Source: an uncultured Thermoleophilia bacterium
GTDB taxonomy: Bacteria > Actinomycetota > Thermoleophilia > UBA2241
Assembly (NCBI GenBank): GCA_963848545.1
Contig: CAWKEZ010000037.1
Coordinates: 1-56,413, forward strand
Direction of reading: 5' to 3'
DNA length: 56,413 nucleotides
This document shows positions 48,806 to 56,413 of this stretch, in pieces. Under the pieces are notes generated by a model. The model saw only the letters and a list, made by a program, of their open reading frames with translations. It ran no database searches and had not been told where the DNA came from. A program made the translations under genes and the position numbers. Every line of letters begins with the position of its first letter. Positions within the stretch are counted from its first letter, which is position 1.

Positions 48806-48822
48806 AAGCGACCGGCGGCCCC

Positions 48823-49401
48823 TCACGAGACGCCGCGCCACTCCTGGCGCGCCAAGACGAAGCGCGCCGAAGGGTCTGTCCCTCGAGACGGCATAAGGGC
48901 GAACACAGGACGCCCGTCTTCGCCCGGCTGCCCATGGGTCGCCCACCCGGCAGTCCTCTCGACATCCGCGACGGCGAGAGCCTTTGCCGGGCACGCCGCC
49001 ATGCAGACGGGGGAGCGGCCGGCGGCGCGCAGCTCAGGGCAAAGGTCGCACTTGCGAGCGAGGTTGCGCACCGTGTCGAGGACGATAGCCCCGTAGGGGC
49101 AGCCCTCGACGCAGGCGCCGCACCCCGTACACTTCTCGCTCACCACCAGCCTGACGCCGTCCTGGTCTCGGACGATGGCATCTTCAGGGCACGAGTCGGC
49201 GCAGGCGGGCGTACGGCACTGCTGGCAGGTCACCGGGGCGTAGTACATGTTGAGGTCGGGGAAGCGGCCGCTGGGTCCCACCTGTACCACGCGGAGGAAG
49301 GACAGGCCGAGCGGCATGTCACGCTCCTCCTTGCAGGCCGCCACGCAGGACAAGCAGCCGGTACAGCGGTCCACATCGGCGATGATCGCGAGCTGCGTCA
49401 T
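48823..49401 (-). CDS. 4Fe-4S dicluster/ferredoxin-type subunit (DmsB/NrfC-like)
   Basis: Intact 192-aa ORF with four Cys groups: CTGCLSCVAAC, CQQCRTPACADSC, CTGCGACVEGC, CDLCPELRAAGRSPVCMAAC. The ATG at 49401 overlaps the stop of the upstream molybdoenzyme gene (ATGA). Confidence 0.85.
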   Translation of the reverse strand: MTQLAIIADVDRCTGCLSCVAACKEERDMPLGLSFLRVVQVGPSGRFPDLNMYYAPVTCQQCRTPACADSCPEDAIVRDQDGVRLVVSEKCTGCGACVEGCPYGAIVLDTVRNLARKCDLCPELRAAGRSPVCMAACPAKALAVADVERTAGWATHGQPGEDGRPVFALMPSRGTDPSARFVLARQEWRGVS

Positions 49402-51902
49402 GATGACCCCACCTCCCGCGGTTTGGTGGTGCCATAGTAGGGCGGCTCCCAGACGAAGGGCGGCTCCTCGGCCCTAAAGATCTTACAGAGTTGTGATCGG
49501 GCGCCGGGGACACCCAGGGCCGGGTCGTGATCGTCCCCCGAGATAAGCACGTTGGCGTTGGCGCCGTCCCAGCCGTACCCAGGCAGGTCCAGCTCCTTGC
49601 AGCCCTGCCACCAGCCGTGTGCCGTTGACACCACGCCGGGGAGGATGCCGGCGGTCACCTTCGCCTGCATCCTGGTCTTGCCCGTCGTGGTCTCTATCCA
49701 GATCCAGTCGCCGTCGGCGATGCCGTGCTCTACTGCCGTGTCACCATTAACCTCAGCCTGAGGGTGAGGGAATAGCTCTCGCTGGAGCGAGTTGTTGCGA
49801 TGCTGAGAGTGGTAGAACACCGGCAGGCGTGCCCCAGTGGTGAGGACCAGCGGGTAGGCGGCGGCGAGCTCAGGCGTCGAGTAGGGGCTCTGTGCAGGCT
49901 CCTTGTAACCCGGCAGAGGATCCACGCCATGCTGGAAGGCGGTGACGCTGTAGAGCTCCAGGCGCCCCGTCGGCGTGGCGAACCCGACCGGGCGGCCGGT
50001 GGCCGGGTCGGCCTGCGCGTAGAAATCGAGCGGCGGAGCCACCGCTCCTCTCTCCACGGCGAAGCCTGCCGCACGCGCTGCCTGGAGGTCCCGAGCGCGC
50101 GTGGCCGCCGCCCACTCCTGCCACTCTTCCACGCTGGCCCACGGCCACATCGCGGGGTTGAGCCTGTGCCCAAGCTCTACGTAGAACTTCTCGTCTGCCC
50201 ACCGTTCGTACAGCGGGTCGATGCATTTCTCGGAGCCCTTCTCGAAGGGGCCCAAGGCGGCCGGCAACACGATGTCTGCCAATGAGTTCGTGGGCGTAAT
50301 GTAGAGGTCCATGTCGACTAGAAAGTCCAGCGCCAGGAGCCCTTCCCGCACGGTCTTCTGATCCTCGCACCACCCGCCCAGCGGGTTGCCTTGCACCATT
50401 ACATAAGCCTTGATCGGGTACGGACTACCGCTCTTCATGGCGCGGAACCCGTCGATCATCGCGGTGAGACCAGGCTGCAAGGGGTACTCGCCCAACGCGG
50501 GCTCATGCGGGTGCGGACCTTCCATGACGACGTCGAAGTCGTCGCCCGGGGCGCCCCATGGGCTCATGGTGCGCGGGCCACCCTCCCGCTGCCAGGAGCC
50601 GCTGATCCAGCGCCAGTGAGGCGTTCCCACCTCTCCCCCGGTCCGGTTGATGTTGCCCGTAAGGGCCGCCAGGCAGAACTGCGCGCGGAGGATGTCGAAG
50701 GTGTTGGTGTGGCCGCCCTCCAACCCCTGGATCCCGAAGCTACCGAGGTCGGTACAGGCGCTGGCACTGGTGGCATAGAGGCGAGCCGCCTCGCGGATCT
50801 TCTCCGCCGACTTCGTCCAGCAGATCTCTGCGGCCCTCTCAGGCGCGTAACGGGCAGCGCGCTCGCGCAGCAGCTGGAGCACTGTCGCGCACGTCCGCCC
50901 GCCGACCTCGAAGGCGCCGAACAAGGCCGGCTCAACCCCCGGCGACGAGACCGACCGCACCCCCTCGCTGCTTGCGTCCCACACCATGAGCGGGCGGCGG
51001 TTCCGCCGGTCGGCGACCGATTGCGGGTACGGCAGAAAGTCACGGTCGTCTCCACCCTTGCGGACCTCGGCTTCTTTGACGAGCGCGAGGGTGTCGGTCC
51101 ACACCAGGGCGGGCCCGTTGGTCCACCTGGTCACGAAGTCCGCATCGTAGAGACCCTCCTCGAGGATCACATGGATCCAGCTCAACATCAAAGCCGCGTC
51201 TGAGCCAGGCCGCACGGGCAGGTACACGTCCGCCTTGTGGGCGAGGGGATGCTCGTAGCGGGGATCGACGACGATGACCTTGGCGCCGCGTTCCATGATG
51301 GCGTCCATCACCATCCCGGTGAGGAAGGCCGGGTGAGCCCAGGGCTCGTTGCGGCCCCAGTAGACCTGGCACGCGGCGCGGGGGTAGTCGCCGCGCAGAT
51401 GGTGACCGACGGAGAGAGTTGTGCTGGCCGCCATCGGTCCACGGCAGATGTGATTGGGCCCGATCGTGTTGGGCGTACCGAGCGAGTTCCTGAGCCGCAG
51501 GTGCTGGGCGACGGTGCCGCGACCGGTCCCCTGACCGATGGCGATGGCACGCGCACCGTGCTCAGCCTCAACCTCTTTGAGCTTCGCGGCGATCCTGTCG
51601 AGGGCCTCGTCCCAGGTGATCCGCACCCAGCCCGGGTCGTCGTCGCCCTTTGGGCGGGTGCGCATCAGCGGGTAGTTGAGGCGCTCCGCATGGTACAGGT
51701 TGCGCAGGCTGGCGAACCCCTTCACGCACAGCGCCCCTTGGTTGACGCACGTGGGGTCGCCCTCGAGCTTGACCACCTTCCCGTCGCGCACGTGAACCAG
51801 CATCCCACACTGGACGTGGCACTCGTGGCAGCGGCCCGGGACTACTCTGCTTTCGTCTGCTCCACGATGGCCCGTAGCGACGGTAGGTTCGGCTGACGAC
51901 AT
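49398..51902 (-). CDS. molybdopterin (bis-MGD) oxidoreductase catalytic subunit, no Tat signal
   Basis: Intact ORF. The N-terminal Fe-S motif is CHECHVQCG...(27)...CVKG. MopB-type domains follow. The start is taken at ATG 51902 (SD GAGG upstream); the ORF extends to 51953. There is no RR twin-arginine motif. Confidence 0.85.
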   Translation of the reverse strand: MSSAEPTVATGHRGADESRVVPGRCHECHVQCGMLVHVRDGKVVKLEGDPTCVNQGALCVKGFASLRNLYHAERLNYPLMRTRPKGDDDPGWVRITWDEALDRIAAKLKEVEAEHGARAIAIGQGTGRGTVAQHLRLRNSLGTPNTIGPNHICRGPMAASTTLSVGHHLRGDYPRAACQVYWGRNEPWAHPAFLTGMVMDAIMERGAKVIVVDPRYEHPLAHKADVYLPVRPGSDAALMLSWIHVILEEGLYDADFVTRWTNGPALVWTDTLALVKEAEVRKGGDDRDFLPYPQSVADRRNRRPLMVWDASSEGVRSVSSPGVEPALFGAFEVGGRTCATVLQLLRERAARYAPERAAEICWTKSAEKIREAARLYATSASACTDLGSFGIQGLEGGHTNTFDILRAQFCLAALTGNINRTGGEVGTPHWRWISGSWQREGGPRTMSPWGAPGDDFDVVMEGPHPHEPALGEYPLQPGLTAMIDGFRAMKSGSPYPIKAYVMVQGNPLGGWCEDQKTVREGLLALDFLVDMDLYITPTNSLADIVLPAALGPFEKGSEKCIDPLYERWADEKFYVELGHRLNPAMWPWASVEEWQEWAAATRARDLQAARAAGFAVERGAVAPPLDFYAQADPATGRPVGFATPTGRLELYSVTAFQHGVDPLPGYKEPAQSPYSTPELAAAYPLVLTTGARLPVFYHSQHRNNSLQRELFPHPQAEVNGDTAVEHGIADGDWIWIETTTGKTRMQAKVTAGILPGVVSTAHGWWQGCKELDLPGYGWDGANANVLISGDDHDPALGVPGARSQLCKIFRAEEPPFVWEPPYYGTTKPREVGSS

Positions 51903-52163
51903 GACTGCCTCATTCACTCGAGATTCGCCTGAGCCCGGCTTGACCACTTCCATGATAGCCCCGTCGCGGCGTCTGCGTGGTTACCGCCGGCCGACTGGCC
52001 AAGCGCCTGCCGTTTGCGGCGGCAGACGTTTTGCGCCCTGGCGGGAGGGGATGCTTGCGCCAGCGAGCGAAGTGCGGCGTGACGACTCGCTCGCTCTCGG
52101 CACGAGATCCAGCTGAGCATCACGGTCGCATGGACGGCGTCGCAGAGGAGGCAGTGCCAAGCA

Positions 52164-52976
52164 ATGGAGATCGCCAGGTCTGAACAGCAGGCTCAGGTCG
52201 TGTACCTCTCGCACGGCGGCGGGCCCCTTCCCATCCTCGGGGATGCCGGCCACGCCGCCATGATCGAGTTCATGCACAAGCTCGGCACTCAGCTGCGCCG
52301 GCCAGACGTCATCCTGGTGGTCAGCGCGCACTGGGAGGAGAGGGTTGCCACCGTGCAGGGCAGCGCCGCGCCGCGGATGTTCTACGACTACTACGGGTTC
52401 CCTGCCGCGGCGTACGACATCGTCTATCCTGCGCCGGGCAGCGCCGACACGGCTGCACGGATCGTCGAGATGCTCAGCGCCTGCGGGCTTCCCGGCGGCG
52501 TCGACCGGGAGAGAGGGTTCGACCACGGGCTGTTCATCCCGCTGAAGATGATGTTCCCCCAGGCCGACATCCCGGCGCTGCAGCTCTCGCTGCTCAGCAG
52601 CCTGGATGCTCAGTCCCACCTCCAACTGGGCGAGGCGCTCAGCGGCCTCATGGCGGAGAACATCCTGGTCGTGGGATCCGGCTTCTCGTTCCACAACCTG
52701 GGAGCGTTTGACTGGCGAGGGCGGGACGCCCCCGACCCACACAACGACGCCTTCCAGGACTGGCTGATCGAGGTCTGCAGCGGTGCCGCTACTTGGCCTG
52801 AACGCAAACGGCGCCTCGTCGAGTGGCAGACAGCACCGTCGGCGCGCTACTGCCACCCACGGGAAGAGCACCTGCTGCCTCTGCACGTCTGCATGGGCAT
52901 GGCGCGCAGACCGGCCGAGGTCGCGTTCGACGACTCCATCTTTGGCAAACGCTCGGTCGCGTTCCGGTGGTCTTGA
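52164..52976 (+). CDS. class III (LigB-type) extradiol dioxygenase, 4,5-DOPA dioxygenase/YgiD-like
   Basis: Intact 270-aa ORF with motifs YLSHGGGP, VVSAHWE, FDHGLFIPL, VVGSGFSFHN, EEHLLPLHV. Confidence 0.85.
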   Translation: MEIARSEQQAQVVYLSHGGGPLPILGDAGHAAMIEFMHKLGTQLRRPDVILVVSAHWEERVATVQGSAAPRMFYDYYGFPAAAYDIVYPAPGSADTAARIVEMLSACGLPGGVDRERGFDHGLFIPLKMMFPQADIPALQLSLLSSLDAQSHLQLGEALSGLMAENILVVGSGFSFHNLGAFDWRGRDAPDPHNDAFQDWLIEVCSGAATWPERKRRLVEWQTAPSARYCHPREEHLLPLHVCMGMARRPAEVAFDDSIFGKRSVAFRWS

Positions 52977-53047
52977 CCTGCCTCGGCGAGCCCGAAGTGC
53001 CGCCCCACGCTGCTAGCCGCTGTCTGGTGGATATCGGCGTGCACCTT

Positions 53048-53542
53048 CATGGCGTTCCGGGTACGGCCAGGTCCTCCGACCTGCGCTGGGCGACGCGGAA
53101 GAGTCGCCGTGGGAGATCGCCCTCCTCGAACTCGACGATCTCGAGCAGCGTGAAGCCCTGAGCCAGCCGCTGCACCAGCTCGTGACTGAAGAAGTGCACG
53201 ACGAAACCACGCGCTCGACTTTGCCGAATCCGGCGCCGCGGCTATTCGTGCCAAGTCCGGGGACGCGGCGCTTGCCGGGTCGCTGCACGCGGTGGTGCAC
53301 GACACGTGCATGCCAAGGCGAGCGAAGTACACACTGTCGCGCCCCTGCCCCGCACCCAGCTCGAGCACGTCTCGCGCGCCATGCTCCTGGAAGAACCCGG
53401 CAGCCCATCGGGCCGGCGCACTAGGCTCGCGGCCGTAGCGGTCGCCTCGGCTGGCAAGCACGCCGCTCCAGTGCCGCCGTTGATTCGCGCTAAGACCCAC
53501 CGCTTGACGCAGGGCGGCGAGCAGGAGCTCGTCGGGAGGCAC
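53048..53542 (-). pseudogene. class I SAM-dependent methyltransferase (frame disrupted)
   Basis: From the GTG at 53542: ...GARDVLELGAGQGRDSVYFARLGMHV (motif I). The C-terminus FVVHFFSHELVQRLAQGFTLLEIVEFEEGDLPRRLFRV lies in another frame and ends at TGA 53048. At least 2 frame switches lie between 53200 and 53330. Confidence 0.6.
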
Positions 53543-53575
53543 GCCGCCAGATCCACCGGGGCCGACGTAGGTCCG

Positions 53576-53802
53576 TCATCCGAGGCCGTAGTCGGCCGGC
53601 GCTCCCGCGGCCGGCGGCTCGATGTCCCGCCCCTCGATGAGAATGGTGGGCGAACCGCGAAAGTACCGGGCCACCGCTTCGCCGAGGCCATCGATACTCG
53701 TCTCGTTGACCACGACCGGGATGCTCTCGTCGCGAGCTAGCGCGTCTATGCGCTGGCGGACTGCCGGCCAGTGAGGCCAGGTGGGTGTGTGGAGGATTCC
53801 AT
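53576..53802 (-). pseudogene. small thioredoxin-fold-like protein (tentative)
   Basis: The frame ending at TGA 53576 reads ILHTPTWPHWPAVRQRIDALARDESIPVVVNETSIDGLGEAVARYFRGSPTILIEGRDIEP. This resembles small actinobacterial thioredoxin-fold proteins (GCPxW ... FRGSPTILIDGRD). The only ATG (53802) joins this frame if an A-run near 53797 gains 1 nt. Confidence 0.35.
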
Positions 53803-53973
53803 CTCGCGCTGTCCCATGGCTCCTCAGGCGATTCGGCCCGCTCTCATGATAGCGGTCTGCGAGCTACCGAGACCCGGAGCCGCCCGACAAGCTCCCGCGG
53901 GCCAAGGACTGGAAACGGAAGGATGCCTAGAGGTCACGCGGACCTTTCTCGGTCGCCAAACCGCGGACCCACA

Positions 53974-54753
53974 CTACTGATCTGCCCCCCTCATCGAGGA
54001 GGTCACTTCGTCGATCACCCGCAGCGCGTTCAGGGTGCGGGGATAGCCGATGAAAGGCAGCAGCTGGGTCACGACGCTGAGGAGCACCTCACGGTCGTTG
54101 CCCACGTTGAGGTTGGCGGCCACATGGCCCCTGGCCTGCGGCTCGCAGCCTCCGAGCGAAACGAGCATGGCGAACGTGAGCAGCTCTCGCGTCCTCACGT
54201 CGACGCCGGTGCGTGTGTAGTGATCGCCGAAACAGTTCGCCGAGAGCAAGCGCTGGATGTGGAGCTCGTCGTCGGGCGCGGAGGCGTAGAGCTGCTCGAC
54301 GACGTCGGCGCCGACGATCTCCTTCTCGACCGCCAGGCCCTTCTCCGCGCGGGTCTCCGGGCGTCGTCGTCGACTGCCCCTCGAGCGGCAACTCGACGCC
54401 ACGCTCGGTGAGCACCTCGTTGGTCGCGTGGATGAAGTCGAAGACCTTGGCCATGCCGACGTAGGGCACCGCCTGATAGACGATCTCTTTGACCTCTACC
54501 GGCGTGACGCCCACGGTGAGCGCCGCGCCGAGCATGACCCGGAACTCGCTCAGGGCCTGGCAGGCGATCAGCGACGCGAGCTGCACCATGAGACGGGTCT
54601 TGCGTCCAGATTGCCATGCTGGAGCACCTCGTCGAAGGCGAAGTTGTCGAAGGTCTCGATGAGCTCGGGGTCGGTGACCTTCAGAGTCGAGACGTGACCC
54701 GGGAACAACTCATCGTGGTTCTGCTGGGCTCGTTCGCTGATAGCCATCGTCAC
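53974..54753 (-). pseudogene. carboxymuconolactone decarboxylase (AhpD-like) family protein, two CMD domains (frame disrupted)
   Basis: The GTG at 54753 follows GGAGG. The fragments 54568..54753, 54089..54589 and 53974..54402 join into ...TRLMVQLASLIACQALSEFRVMLGAALTVGVTPVEVKEIVYQAVPYVGMAK... and ...TRELLTFAMLVSLGGCEPQARGHVAANLNVGNDREVLLSVVTQLLPFIGYPRTLNAL. Frame switches lie near 54580 and 54370. Confidence 0.75.
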
Positions 54754-54761
54754 CTCCTCGT

Positions 54762-56413
<1,652 letters not shown>

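Noticed and set aside
49398-51953. Possible selenocysteine (in-frame TGA) or a Tat signal in the molybdoenzyme, and the longer start at 51953.
   Set aside because: The ORF is uninterrupted, so there is no internal TGA. No RR-x-F-L-K-type motif precedes the Fe-S motif. ATG 51902 has a better-placed SD (GAGG), so the 17 extra codons are probably not translated.

Overview
GC-rich bacterial chromosomal segment (third codon positions almost all G/C) with Actinobacteria-like gene content: TetR-MMPL pairs, a 530-aa type-I SerA, and a Nif3/RNase H neighbourhood. I find 2 tRNAs and about 48 protein-coding loci. I see no rRNA, CRISPR array, transposase, integrase or phage genes. Gene blocks, left to right: (1) tRNA-Cys and tRNA-Gly. 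(2) RNase H and Nif3. (3) c-di-GMP signalling genes: a V4R protein translationally coupled to a HAMP-GGDEF protein, and a PAS-PAS-GAF-GAF-GGDEF sensor. (4) MFS, TetR and MMPL genes. (5) A same-strand array of Lrp, panB, aminotransferase, corrinoid protein, two non-pyrrolysine MttB-family methyltransferases and serA. (6) A nine-gene same-strand array with a divergent GntR/HutC regulator: family-5 solute-binding protein, two permeases, fused double ATPase, KduD/YgcW-like SDR, FGGY kinase, AGPS/YgcU-like FAD oxidase, ETF beta and ETF alpha. (7) An FAD-oxidoreductase/glpD divergon carrying a duplicated palindromic operator. (8) An orphan second solute-binding-protein gene and a class-III aminotransferase. 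(9) An intact TetR-MMPL pair, an MFS transporter, a TetR regulator and a DUF4386 protein. (10) A cytoplasmic two-subunit molybdopterin oxidoreductase next to a LigB-type extradiol dioxygenase. (11) A tail of small redox genes. The dominant technical feature is that roughly half of the genes need one or more frame switches, about 40-45 by hand count. Most are +/-1 nt in short homopolymers, and they are unevenly distributed. I give full-length spans for these genes and label them pseudogene, but assembly error explains them equally well. The most interesting biological candidates are the MttB/corrinoid cluster, which lacks its usual partner genes, and the ygc-like ETF-coupled kinase/oxidase/SDR operon of unknown substrate.
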